Origin: Squalus acanthias | Taxonomy: Eukaryota | Direction of reading: 5' to 3' | Assembly: GCA_030390025.1 (NCBI GenBank) | Contig: CM059431.1 | Location: 109,990,001-110,054,000 of the forward strand | Length of the DNA stretch: 64,000 bases | In this document: in pieces, positions 38,001 to 46,329 of the stretch | Layout of the letters: every line of letters begins with the position of its first letter | Position numbering within the stretch: position 1 is the first letter of the stretch | Notes under the pieces: model-generated | The model's input: the letters and a program-made list of their open reading frames with translations, nothing else | Database searches by the model: none | What the model was told of the DNA's origin: nothing | Translations under genes and position numbers: made by a program

Positions 38001-41000
38001 CTGCGCGCGGCCACTCAGCTTAGAGGGAATGTTGTGTCTAAGTATTTGCTGTTCTCCGCCCATTTTATATAATTAGAAAACTGCTCACTGTTGTTGCCCC
38101 TGCCAGGAGTATAAATCACACTTTTCAAGCAGTGTATTATACAGAATCCTACCAATACTCCAGTGGGGCTTGCCTACAAATTTTGCTCAGTTAAGGAAAT
38201 ACTGTCTCGAATTCCATAAAGCCCATACTTACACGTAAATGCCACCAGGCCATCTTCCACAGCACGCTCTTTGTTTTTTCTGTCATTTGTTATTAAGATA
38301 ACCTGAAGCTGCAGAGTGTTGTTTTGTGATTTTTTTAGATGCTCGTTGTACCATTTCACCGCTGTTCGTATTGCTCGGTCGTTTCTGTCGTTTGCACTTT
38401 CACCTTGTTCTTGCTCTATATAGGTGTCTCTGAGGAGGCAACACATGCCGCGAGTTACAGTTTGTTTTAATAGAATCATAGAATGGTTACAGCACAGAAG
38501 GAGGCAATTCAGTCCGTCAAGCCTGTGCCGGCTCTCTGCAAGAGCATTTCCGCTAGTCCCACTCCCCCACCCTCTCCCTGTAGCCCTGCAATATTTTTTC
38601 CTTCAGGTACTTATCCAATTCCCTTTTGAAAGCCACGATTGAGTCTGCCTCCACCACCTTTTCAGGCAGTGCATTCCAGATCATAACCGCTCGCTGCGTA
38701 AAAAAGTTTTTCCTCATGTCGCCTCTGGTTCTTCTGCCAATCACCTTAAATCTGTGTCCTCTGATTCTCGACCCTTCTGCCAATGGGAACAGCTTCTCTC
38801 TATCTACTCTGTCCAGACCCCTGATGATTTTGAACACCTCTATCAAATCTCCTCTCAACCTACTCTGCGCTAAGGAGAACAACCCCAGCTTCTCCAGTCT
38901 ATCCACGTAACTGAAGTCCCTCATCCCTGGAACCATTCTTGTAAATCTTTTCTGCACCCTCTCTAAGGCCTTCACATTCTTCCTAAAGTGCGGTGCCGAG
39001 AATTGGACACAATACTCCAATTGAAGCCGAACCAGTGTTTTATAAAGGTTCATCATAACTTTATTGCTTTTCTACTCTATGCCTTTATTTATGAAAATGA
39101 GAAGTCGCACAACACCAGGTTATAGTCCAACAGATTTATTTAATTTTACAAGCTTTCGGAGCAGTGCTCCGAAAGCTTGTAAAATTAAATAAATCTGTTG
39201 GACTATAACCTGGTGTTGTGCGACTTCTCATTTTTGTCCACCCCAGTCCAACGCCGGCATCTCCACATCATGACCTTTATTTATGAAGCCCAGGATCCCG
39301 TATGCTTTTTTTAACCGCTTTCTCAACCTGCCCTGCCATCTTCAACGATTTGTGCACATATACCCCCAGGTCTCTCTGTTCCTGCACCCCCTTTAGAATT
39401 GTACCCTTCAGTTTATATTGCCTGTCCTCATTCTTCCTACCAAAATGTATCACTTTGCACTTTTCTGTGTTAAATTTCATCTGCCACGTGTCCGTCCATT
39501 CCACCAGCCTGTCTATGTCCTCTTGAAGTCTATCACTATCCTCCTCACTGTTCATTATACTTCCAAGTTTTGTGTTATCTGCAAATTTTGAAATTGTACC
39601 CTGTACACCCAAGTCCAAGTCATTAATATATATCAAGAAAAGCAGTGGTCCTAATACTGACCCCTGGGGAACACCACTTCAGTCCACCTTCCTCCAGTCC
39701 GAAAAACAACCATTCACCACTACTCTCTGTTTCCTGTCATTTAGCCAATTTCATATCCATGCTGTCCCTTTTATTCCATGGGCTTCAACTTTGCTGGCAA
39801 GCGTATTATGTGGCACTTTATCAAACGCCTTTTGGAAGTAGATTCATTTTGAATTCTCATTTACAGATAGATAAATCTGCATCAGATCACCATCTGCTCC
39901 AGGCCAAACAGCAGTGATTTCAGAAACTGCACTCAGAATGTTTCACTGAACACAGTATAAAGAGAAAAACATAGCTCGAAGTCACAAAGTAGCATCATCA
40001 ATAAGTTCAGCTCGTGTCATGTACCAGAAGATCAGTAACTACCATTTGAACTGTGGGATGAGATGATGGTCTCATCACTCCCGGATACCTTTTTTATATT
40101 TAACATTGTGATTCTACAGAATTTGAGGTTCACTGGGATTGTTTAATTCAGTCTGCTGACAGCAGGCATTGCAGTGTACAGCTTTGGCCAGTGCACCGAA
40201 TCCTGTTGATGCATGATGGTATCGACACTAAAGCAATAATGAATGCAATATGTTGCTTTGCAGATTTGTTATTATGAACCAATGGTCAGTCTATAATATT
40301 CGTTTAACAGTTTGATTTCACCAGTCCAATTATATTTGAGAATCTTTCTTTTGGAAAAAATGTTAAGATCATGCCAGCCACAATATTCTGCACAACTCTA
40401 CACATTTAGTAAAAATATTGCTTTGATGTTCTAATTATACCACTCGATGGAGGGGGAGGGAAAGGAGCAGAAGAGGGAGGGGAAGGTGAAGAATGAGGGA
40501 GGGTGGTGGGGAGAGGACAGGGTCACGCATCTTATTGTATATGGGGTGGTCTCATATTTCCACATAACCAAACGCCGCCCATTCACTGGTTTTGAGACAT
40601 GCATCAGCAGAAACCCACAATGACTTTCATTCCCCCAGCTAAGGGCAACTGTAACAGTTGGACTGTTGCCCCTGCTGAGGTTGGCTACGTTAGGGCTGAA
40701 AGGGACCAAACTCCATATATTTTCCTCAGTGACCCATTTGGTTCGGAGGATGGAGTTGCAACACAGCACTTCATAAAATTACAATAAATAAAAGATTGCT
40801 TCATCCAATTTTAATCAATAAAAGCTGACTTGTAATACAACAGTCTGCTATTTCTTCATGTCTAAATCAAAACAAATCTTGTAATTTCCCACTAAAGTAC
40901 AAAATTCAGATTTCATCGGCATCAAAGGATGAAGTCAATATAACACTGCCTTCATCCAGAACAGTACTTCACCCTCGCAAATTACCACATGAAGTCAGTT

Positions 41001-42769
41001 AGCCGAGAGATGGAAGAAACATCACGTAACCCCACGTTTTCTGAACAAGATTAAATACAAAACACTAAATCTGAAATGTTTACGTTTTCTTCCTCTTACT
41101 TGTGATGTTCGTTGGTGAAAGTGTAAAAATGTTTTTCAGGGTTGTGAATCACATCCTTAATTCTTTTGTATACTGGAGCACTTCGATGCCTGACCTCTTG
41201 CAACACTGTCTGCAGGATCACCACATTCTGGATCGCAGGATCCTCAAGGATATCAATCTAATAATAAAAAAATACATAAAGAAAATGAGTTTTGCACCAA
41301 AGAATAATCATAAAACTATTCCAAATCTATATGCATACATCCAATAAAATATGGTCGTACCGCGGCTTTCTTTTTAAACACCTTGAGCTTCATGTCAGGA
41401 ATCACACGCATTCATATGGGCCAGAAATTAGGCACTTGCCGGGTGAGTACGCGCTGTGTGCTCACCCGTAAGGCCTCCTGAAGTGCCGGTTTCCTGCATA
41501 CACTGCGCATGCGCGGGAAACCGGAACTTCCGGTTTCGTGAAGGGAGTGATTCAGAGGTGAACCGCGAGCGCGGGAGAGGCTGCGCGCACGCAGCGAACT
41601 TAGGTTTTTTTCAGGTTTCTCCGGGAAGGTAAGTATGGAAGAAGCTGCGATTTTAAAAAGGAGGCGCAAGACCCGTTTTTTACAAGGTAAGTGGTTAATT
41701 AATTACAATTCTAAAAAAATTTCAACAGGTTTATCTTTTTAAGATACTTTAAAGAAAGGTAAGTTTATTTTTAGCACTGTTAAAAAGTATTTTAATTTTG
41801 TCAAAAATGTAAATTTTTGTTTAAAGTAGTTAATTTATTTAACTTATAGTTATTTAAAAAATGTGATGGTTTTTTTTAAAATTTATTTTAAGTTTAGGTG
41901 TTGTTTTGGGGCCGATTTCAATTTATAGATTTGACAGGTCTCCTGTCAAATCTATGAATGAAAGATGGTCTGCTGCCATTGGCTCTCCATGGCCCACGTG
42001 ATCCCGGGGACGCATCGCACTAACTACGCCCCTGGGATACACAAGCACTGCGCGCCGGCAGCTGCAGGAGGCCCAGAAGCTGAAGTCCCCGTGGGCCCAG
42101 AGGTCAACGGCAAGCGCGGAAGGTACGCGCGCGATCATTGCACCCGCGGGAAGCCAGGGAGCCTAATTTCTGGGCCATAATCTAATTGTATAATCAAATA
42201 CAATTTAAGACAGGGGGATCTTTTACGTCCACCCGAGAGAGCAGACGGGACCTCGGTTTACCGTCTCATCCGAAAGACGGCACCTCCAACAGTGCAGCAC
42301 TCCCTCAGCACTGCACTGGAGTGGAGTGTCAGCCTAGATGCTTGTGCTCAAGACTCTGGAGTGGGGATTTGAACCCACAACCTTCTGACCCAGAGGCGAG
42401 GGTGCTACCCACTGAGCTGACACTGAACTGTAAAGCGCTTTGGGAAGTCCTGTTGAGGTGGTGCAAGGCGCTGTAATAAATGCAAATAAAGACGTGTCGT
42501 GTCCCGACCCTCTCCCTCCTTACCTGGTGCAGCACCACGTTGGTATCGGGCAAGACGTAGTGCGGTTGTGGGCAGAGGTGGCTGGCGGTGTGCGGCTGGG
42601 GGCTGAGCCCGGGCCCCGCCCCCTGTCCCCCAGGCCCCGCCCCCCGGGCCCCGCACTCTCCACACGGCCCCCAGCCGCACACGATATCGTCGCGCAAGTA
42701 GTGCTCGCGGACCACCTTCAGCACCCCTCCCGACCGCGTCTTCTTGACGAAAGTCTTAGACTTCAACAT
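3082..42769 (-). CDS. DIS3: DIS3/RRP44 exosome complex exo/endoribonuclease, whole gene (21 coding exons, ~964 aa)
   Basis: 21 GT-AG exons join in frame (2895 nt). Begins [18 protein letters not shown] motifs PDTNVVLHQ and [12 protein letters not shown] motifs [13 protein letters not shown] and [13 protein letters not shown]; ends KKAKLN*. Confidence 0.97.
4379..4501 (-). CDS. DIS3: DIS3 exon 20
   Basis: [17 protein letters not shown]...[13 protein letters not shown]; 123 nt. Confidence 0.95.
4911..5069 (-). CDS. DIS3: DIS3 exon 19
   Basis: LFFKNKG...[25 protein letters not shown]; 159 nt. Confidence 0.95.
5750..5918 (-). CDS. DIS3: DIS3 exon 18
   Basis: [14 protein letters not shown]...[20 protein letters not shown]; 169 nt. 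Confidence 0.96.
6230..6562 (+). mobile_element. HE1-like V-SINE (5'-truncated) with CR1-type tail
   Basis: B-box GGTTCGAATC; V-domain CTGTGTGGAGTTTGCACATTCTCCCCGTGTCTGCGTGGGTTTCCTCCGGGTGCTCCGG; TSD AAGCT. Confidence 0.8.
6907..7720 (+). mobile_element. CR1-group LINE 3' fragment (second lineage)
   Basis: [42 protein letters not shown] and A-rich tail. Confidence 0.8.
8463..8677 (-). CDS. DIS3: DIS3 exon 17
   Basis: [21 protein letters not shown]...YTHFTSPIR; 215 nt. Confidence 0.96.
8771..9523 (+). mobile_element. Harbinger-type MITE, family A (~750 bp)
   Basis: TIRs GGCCCGAAAATTAAAC / GTTTAATTTCTGGGCC; ATT on both flanks; internal hairpins. Confidence 0.85.
10162..10318 (-). CDS. DIS3: DIS3 exon 16
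   Basis: [18 protein letters not shown]...[23 protein letters not shown]; 157 nt. Confidence 0.96.
11985..12071 (-). CDS. DIS3: DIS3 exon 15
   Basis: [28 protein letters not shown]; 87 nt. Confidence 0.95.
12456..14393 (+). mobile_element. L2 LINE, 5'-truncated (RT domain, frameshifts and stops)
   Basis: [31 protein letters not shown]; (TTG)n tail. Confidence 0.92.
14500..14745 (-). mobile_element. Deu-SINE fragment
   Basis: Diverged match to ~2095-2340. Confidence 0.6.
14837..14964 (-). CDS. DIS3: DIS3 exon 14
   Basis: [14 protein letters not shown]...[15 protein letters not shown]; 128 nt. Confidence 0.95.
15628..15850 (+). mobile_element. Short 3' fragment of the 6907 LINE family
   Basis: Matches ~7500-7710. 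Confidence 0.75.
16396..16480 (-). CDS. DIS3: DIS3 exon 13
   Basis: [28 protein letters not shown]; 85 nt. Confidence 0.95.
16826..16890 (-). CDS. DIS3: DIS3 exon 12
   Basis: [21 protein letters not shown]; 65 nt. Confidence 0.95.
17187..17288 (-). CDS. DIS3: DIS3 exon 11
   Basis: [34 protein letters not shown]; 102 nt. Confidence 0.96.
19064..20979 (+). mobile_element. L2 LINE, 5'-truncated, long open RT frame
   Basis: 476-aa ORF 19436-20866 with RT motifs (YAED instead of YADD); (TTG)n tail. Confidence 0.93.
21020..21510 (+). mobile_element. CR1 3' fragment
   Basis: [20 protein letters not shown] tail. Confidence 0.85.
23216..23332 (-). CDS. DIS3: DIS3 exon 10 (RNB catalytic motif)
   Basis: [33 protein letters not shown]; 117 nt. 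Confidence 0.96.
23444..23606 (-). mobile_element. Family B MITE terminal fragment
   Basis: GGCCCAGAATTTGCGG TIR and CCGCAACTT..AAGTTGCGG palindrome. Confidence 0.65.
24011..24157 (-). CDS. DIS3: DIS3 exon 9
   Basis: [32 protein letters not shown]...ITEQ; 147 nt. Confidence 0.95.
24381..24898 (+). mobile_element. CR1 3' fragment
   Basis: [13 protein letters not shown]...[14 protein letters not shown]1 3'UTR. Confidence 0.85.
25391..25979 (-). mobile_element. Harbinger-type MITE, family B, inverted and truncated
   Basis: Reverse complement of ~50950-51580; ends at a CA repeat. Confidence 0.75.
25981..26014. repeat. (CA)17 microsatellite
   Basis: Directly visible. Confidence 0.95.
26211..26933 (-). 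mobile_element. Harbinger-type MITE related to family B
   Basis: TIRs GGCCCGGATTTTGCG / CGCAAAATCCAGGCC. Confidence 0.75.
27482..27619 (-). CDS. DIS3: DIS3 exon 8
   Basis: [22 protein letters not shown]...[11 protein letters not shown]; 138 nt. Confidence 0.94.
27725..27838 (-). CDS. DIS3: DIS3 exon 7
   Basis: [38 protein letters not shown]; 114 nt. Confidence 0.92.
28519..28677 (-). CDS. DIS3: DIS3 exon 6
   Basis: [25 protein letters not shown]...EKEGL; 159 nt. Confidence 0.94.
30308..32422 (-). mobile_element. L2 3' end, split by a CR1 insertion (L2 parts 30308-30859 and 32381-32422)
   Basis: L2 sequence resumes after the CR1 exactly as in the 46851-46895 copy. Confidence 0.85.
30860..32380 (+). 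mobile_element. CR1 (HER1-like) LINE, 5'-truncated, 437-aa RT ORF
   Basis: [36 protein letters not shown] tail; TSD GAGT. Confidence 0.93.
32845..32955 (+). mobile_element. Penelope-like pLTR fragment next to the DIS3 exon 5 donor
   Basis: AACGTTAACTCTGTTTCTCTC...GATGCTGCCTGACCTGCTGAGTGTTTCCAGCATTTTCTG; same family as 44318-44708. Confidence 0.65.
32971..33138 (-). CDS. DIS3: DIS3 exon 5
   Basis: [26 protein letters not shown]...GENKE; 168 nt. Confidence 0.95.
34125..34198 (-). CDS. DIS3: DIS3 exon 4
   Basis: [24 protein letters not shown]; 74 nt. Confidence 0.93.
35366..36132 (+). mobile_element. Harbinger-type MITE, family A
   Basis: TIRs GGGGCAGAAATTCGG / CCGAATTTCTGGCCC; collinear with the 8771 copy. 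Confidence 0.85.
36559..36648 (+). pseudogene. TPP2: TPP2 (tripeptidyl peptidase II) exon-1 fragment with splice donor
   Basis: Translates [34 protein letters not shown]; compare recalled human [26 protein letters not shown] (22/26 identical). Confidence 0.85.
36833..36955. mobile_element. hAT-type MITE related to the 37890 element
   Basis: CAATGTTCCC...GGGAACATT; no clear TSD. Confidence 0.55.
37100..37302. mobile_element. Penelope-like element remnant (inverted pLTR pair plus tail), 12-bp TSD
   Basis: 69-bp perfect inverted arms 37100-37168/37195-37263, ~39-nt tail, TSD ACCTAGTGGCAT (37088-37099, 37303-37314). Confidence 0.8.
37151..37189 (-). ncRNA. Minimal type I hammerhead ribozyme-like motif
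   Basis: Minus strand UUAC-CUGACGA-AGGAGC-AGC-GCUCC-GAAA-GCUC-GUGA. Confidence 0.6.
37890..38034. mobile_element. hAT-type MITE
   Basis: TIR CAATGTTCCC / GGGAATGTTG; 8-bp TSD TATCTAAG/TGTCTAAG. Confidence 0.75.
38233..38429 (-). CDS. DIS3: DIS3 exon 3
   Basis: [27 protein letters not shown]...AFT; 197 nt. Confidence 0.95.
38471..39838 (-). mobile_element. CR1 LINE, 5'-truncated, interrupted by a Penelope-like hairpin
   Basis: ORFs 39277-39636 and 38553-39056 encode the CR1 RT C-terminus; (TAGAATCA) tail. Confidence 0.9.
39094..39273. mobile_element. Penelope-like fold-back insertion nested in a CR1
   Basis: 70-bp perfect arms centred on 39164; same tail as the 37100 copy; TSD CCTTTATTTATG(AA) at 39082 and 39274. 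Confidence 0.8.
41100..41257 (-). CDS. DIS3: DIS3 exon 2
   Basis: [26 protein letters not shown]...FYTFTNEHH; 158 nt; AG/GT. Confidence 0.95.
41418..42176 (+). mobile_element. Harbinger-type MITE, family A
   Basis: TIRs GGGCCAGAAATTAGGC / GCCTAATTTCTGGGCC. Confidence 0.85.
42215..42425 (-). mobile_element. Deu-SINE 5' part
   Basis: Matches ~2170-2365. Confidence 0.7.
42524..42769 (-). CDS. DIS3: DIS3 coding exon 1
   Basis: ATG at 42769; [29 protein letters not shown]...[12 protein letters not shown]; donor GTAAG. Confidence 0.95.
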
Positions 42770-42960
42770 TGAGGAAAGAAAAAAATGAAAATAAAGATTT
42801 TAAAAAAGACGAGAATTTGGGAGATAAAAAAATCCTCGAACGCCGCCGCCAACCGCCTCCTGCCTCCCCGGACCCACAACTGATGGCCGACCGAAACCGA
42901 CCCTGCGTTTACCACCTTGCTTCTCTTGCGTTCATTCCTTAAATAAAACACCTTTCAGTT
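42770..42960 (-). promoter_or_regulatory. DIS3 5'UTR / proximal promoter
   Basis: CpG-containing GC-rich sequence directly upstream of the DIS3 ATG, continuous with GC-rich exon 1. Confidence 0.55.
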
Positions 42961-43084
42961 CAGCTGAGTATTTCCAGCGTTTTCTGTTTTTATTTCAGCT
43001 TTCATTTAAGATTAAATCGATGCACATTGCCAGAAATCGCATTTAAAAAAAAAAAATTCTTCCCCCCCCCTCCATCTCTCTTAA

Positions 43085-43620
43085 GAACAACAACAACTTG
43101 TATTTATAAAAATAATACACATTGAAGAACATATCTCCTGCCTTGCAGGAGTCATACAGCAACAATAACATATTTATATAGCACCTTTAACGTAGTAAAA
43201 CGTCCCAAGGCGCTGCACAGGAGTATTCTAAGACAAAAAATTTGACACCGAGCCACATAAGGAGAAATTAGGGCAGGTGACCAAAAGCTTGGCTAAAGAG
43301 GTAGGTTTGAACGAACGTCTTAAAGGAGGAAGGAGAGGCGGACAGGTTTAGGCAGGGAATTCCAGAGCTTAGGGCCTAGGCAACTAAAGGCAGGGCCACC
43401 AATGGTTGAGCGATTATAATCAGGGATGCTCAAGAGGGCAGAATTAGAGGAGCGCAGATATCTCGTAGGTAGGGGGGGGGGTGTGAGAACATAAGAAATA
43501 GGAGCAGGAGTAGGCCATTTGGCCCTTCGAGCCTGCTCCACCATTCAATAAGATCATGGCTGATCTTACTCATCTCCACTTTCCTGCACTATCCCCATAT
43601 CCATTAATTCCCTTAATATT
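43085..43620 (-). mobile_element. L2 3' end (43085-43466) followed by CR1 3'UTR (43488-43620)
   Basis: Matches the L2 and CR1 3' ends elsewhere in the window. Confidence 0.8.
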
Positions 43621-43714
43621 CTTTGTTTAATTTTTTTCTCACTAGGTTGAGTTTTTTAATATTAGATGTAATCAGCTCGTTTGTTCAGCTACGGTGTGAA
43701 TGAATGTAGTTCAC

Positions 43715-44075
43715 CCTGTGAGGGAGTGCTGCACTGTCGGAGGTGCCGTCTTTTGGATGAGACGTTAAACCAAGGCCCCATCTGCTCTCTCACAGGTGGA
43801 CGTAAAAGATCCCATGGCACTATTTTGAATAACAGCAGGGGAGTTATCCCCGGTGTCCTGGCCAATATTTATCCCTCAATCAACATCACTAAAAAAACGA
43901 TTATCTGGTCATTATCACATTGCTGTTTGTGGGAGCTTGCTGTGCGCAAATTGGCTGCCGCGTTTCCTACATTACAACAGTGACTGCACTTCAAAAAGTA
44001 CTTCATTGGCAGTAAAGTGCTTTGGGACATCCTGACGTCGTGAAAGTCGTTATATAAATGCAAGTCTTTCTTTCT
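43715..44075 (+). mobile_element. Deu-domain SINE
   Basis: Reverse complement of the 1921-2365 family. Confidence 0.75.
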
Positions 44076-44416
44076 AGTTGGAAAATGCTAATAGGTGTTT
44101 ATGTTAAAAGTAATGACAAGAAGATTAAAATTTTGTATTAAAGTCAGCTTTTGGTTGGCCAACAATTGACAAACTCCAGGCGCTGGATGATGTTTAACCC
44201 TTTCCTGTTCGCTTCTGTCCCTGGCATTTCTCAGCAGTGGAAAGACTTTATGCAACTGAAGCAGCTGCTGCATACTCAAACAACCGAAATTAACATTAAT
44301 GGAAGAGCAAAGTACTGCAGATGCATCTGTGGAGAAAGAAACAGAGTTAACACGAAATAAAAACAGAAAATACTGGTAATACTCAGCAGTTCAGGCAGCA
44401 TCTGTGGAGAGAAAAA

Positions 44417-44458
44417 CAGAATTAACGTTTCAGGTCGGTGACCCTTCATCAGAACTGG
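44417..44458 (-). ncRNA. Minimal hammerhead ribozyme-like motif
   Basis: AGUU-CUGAUGA-AGGGUC-ACC-GACCU-GAAA-CGUU-AAUU. Confidence 0.6.
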
Positions 44459-44599
44459 AAAAGGTTAGAGATGTAACAGTTTTTAAGCAAGTGCAGAGGC
44501 AGGGAAAGTGGGGAGGGGAGGAAAGGAAAGAACAAAAGGTAAGGTCTGTGATAGGGGTGGAAGGCAGAAGAGATTAAAGGACAAAAGGTATGATAGTAA

Positions 44600-44639
44600 C
44601 AGAGTTAACGTTTCAGGTCCCTACCTTTCATCAGGACTC
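44600..44639 (-). ncRNA. Minimal hammerhead ribozyme-like motif (second copy)
   Basis: GAGUC-CUGAUGA-AAGGU-AGGG-ACCU-GAAA-CGUU-AACUC. Confidence 0.55.
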
Positions 44640-44997
44640 CTGAAAAACTCTTTCTCCACAGATGCTGACTGACCTGCTGAGTGTTTCCAGCATTTTCTGT
44701 TTTTATATCATTAATGTGTATGTAAAGACGGCTTATTTTGGTGAGCTAGTTTGGAGGGAGGAGGAATACAGGATCCTCTTTATTTCAGTCTCACTAAATG
44801 AAGTTTTGGACGGTGCAGAAAGAAAGACTTGCATTTCTATAGCGCCTTTCACGACCACCATGCGCTTTACAGCCAATGAAGTACATTTTGAAGTGTAGTC
44901 ACTGTAGTAAAGTAGGAAATATTGTGCTGCACTTTGCCATTAGTGTCCTGAGCTCTCCTGTTTTTCAGCGCACGAAAGGGGAAAGACCGCTCCACAA

Positions 44998-45432
44998 GGG
45001 GCGCTGTGGGAGGCGGTTATCCTGTGCAGAGGGGGGCGCTGTGGGAGGCGGTCCTCCAGTCTAGGGGGCGCTGTGAGACGTGGTCCTCCTGTCTAGGGGG
45101 CGCTGTGGGAGGCGGTCCTCCTGTGCAGAGGGGGGCGCTGTGGGAGGCGGTCCTCCTGTCTAGGGGACGCAGTGGGTGGCGGTCCTCCTGTCTAGGGGGC
45201 GCTGTGGGTGGCGGTGCTCCTGTCTCGGGGGTGCTGTGGAAGGCGGTCCTCCTGTCTAGGGGACGCAGTGGGTGGCGGTCCTCCTGTCTAGGGGGCGCTG
45301 TGAGTGGCGGTCCTCCTGTCTAGGGGGGCGCTGTGGGTGGCGGTCCTCCTGTCTAGGGGGCGCTGTGGGTGGCGATCCTCCTGTCTCGGGGGCGCTGTGG
45401 GTGGCGGTCCTCCTGTGCAGAGGGGGCGCTGT
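44998..45432. repeat. GC-rich minisatellite, ~13.5 copies of a ~32-bp unit GGGGGCGCTGTGGGTGGCGGTCCTCCTGTCTA
   Basis: Tandem units directly visible. Confidence 0.95.
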
Positions 45433-45547
45433 TGCTGCCTATCTGGCTGGGGCTGTAGCTGGTTGTGGTGGTGGGGAAGCGTCGGTGGTCTGGGCGGCAT
45501 TTTCAAGTTGCAGCAGACCGACAGAATCGAGTCTGGGGTCGAGTTTG
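45433..45547 (+). other. PIBF1: Putative non-coding first exon of PIBF1
   Basis: GC-rich unique sequence ending in strong donor TTG|GTAAGT at 45548; start position is a guess. Confidence 0.5.
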
Positions 45548-45691
45548 GTAAGTCTGTGTTGGCGGCTCCCAGCACTTGGGGGTGGGGGTGTTTTAACCTG
45601 GTGCGGGCGCGGTTGCTAAGGGCCCGATGCAACCACACTGACTGACGCTGCTTCATCCCAGTATAACAGTAGCAATGGTTTCAGGCGCTTT

Positions 45692-45910
45692 CATAGAAAC
45701 ATAGAAACATAGAATCTAGGAGCAGGAGTAGGCCATTCGGCCCGTCGAGCCTGCTCCGCCATTCAATACGATCATGGCTGATCATCCAAATCCAGTACCC
45801 TGTCCCTGCTTTAATCCCCACAGTACACATATCCCACCCTACCCCCGTAACCCCACGTATTTAATTCCCCCTAACATATCCCCATAACCCCACATATTTA
45901 ATCCCCCCTT
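45692..45910 (-). mobile_element. HE1-like SINE 3' part
   Basis: Reverse complement of ~6395-6562; CATAGAAA tail repeats. Confidence 0.7.
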
Positions 45911-46329
45911 CTCCCTCTTCCCCCTTTTATCTACCGTTGGGATGGGAAAACATGCCTGAAATTGCATTTGCACCAGATCGCATTTCTATTTTTTTTTAAA
46001 CCCAAATGCAAACGCTGCAAATCACACCCAGCTTAAACTTGGCTTATCTCTCAGACCCTCCCCAAAGAATTCGGTCGGTTTGGAAAGGGAGACGGATGAA
46101 GGAACAACAAAAACATTGCAATCACGGGCGAAGAGGGCAAAGCAGGAACTCCTTAAGACAATAGCTGAGGCAATGCGAAAACATGGGGGGAAAGCCCATG
46201 CAAGGAAACAGAAACAAGAAAATGGGGAACTAAAGAAAGAGAAAACCCTGCGGATACAAGAGGTCTCCAATGAAAGCAGCAAATGCTGGATCTATATAAT
46301 TTGCCCATCAGTCTAAAAAGAGAGGGAAA

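Larger units (their letters stand above)
44318..44708. mobile_element. Penelope-like pLTR cluster (second family) with inverted ends
   Basis: AAATAAAAACAGAAAA...CAGCATCTGTGGAGA mirrored by CTCCACAGATGCTG...TTTTCTGTTTTTAT; two CTGATGA..GAAACGTT cores on the minus strand. Confidence 0.7.

Noticed and set aside
44998..45432. CRISPR-like array, and the repetitive ORFs 45006-45656
   Set aside because: Units are contiguous with no unique spacers, there are no cas genes and the context is vertebrate; the ORFs are artefacts of the minisatellite.
46022..46316. Lys/Glu-rich ORF in PIBF1 intron 1
   Set aside because: No recognisable homology or convincing splice context; purine-rich composition is enough to explain it.
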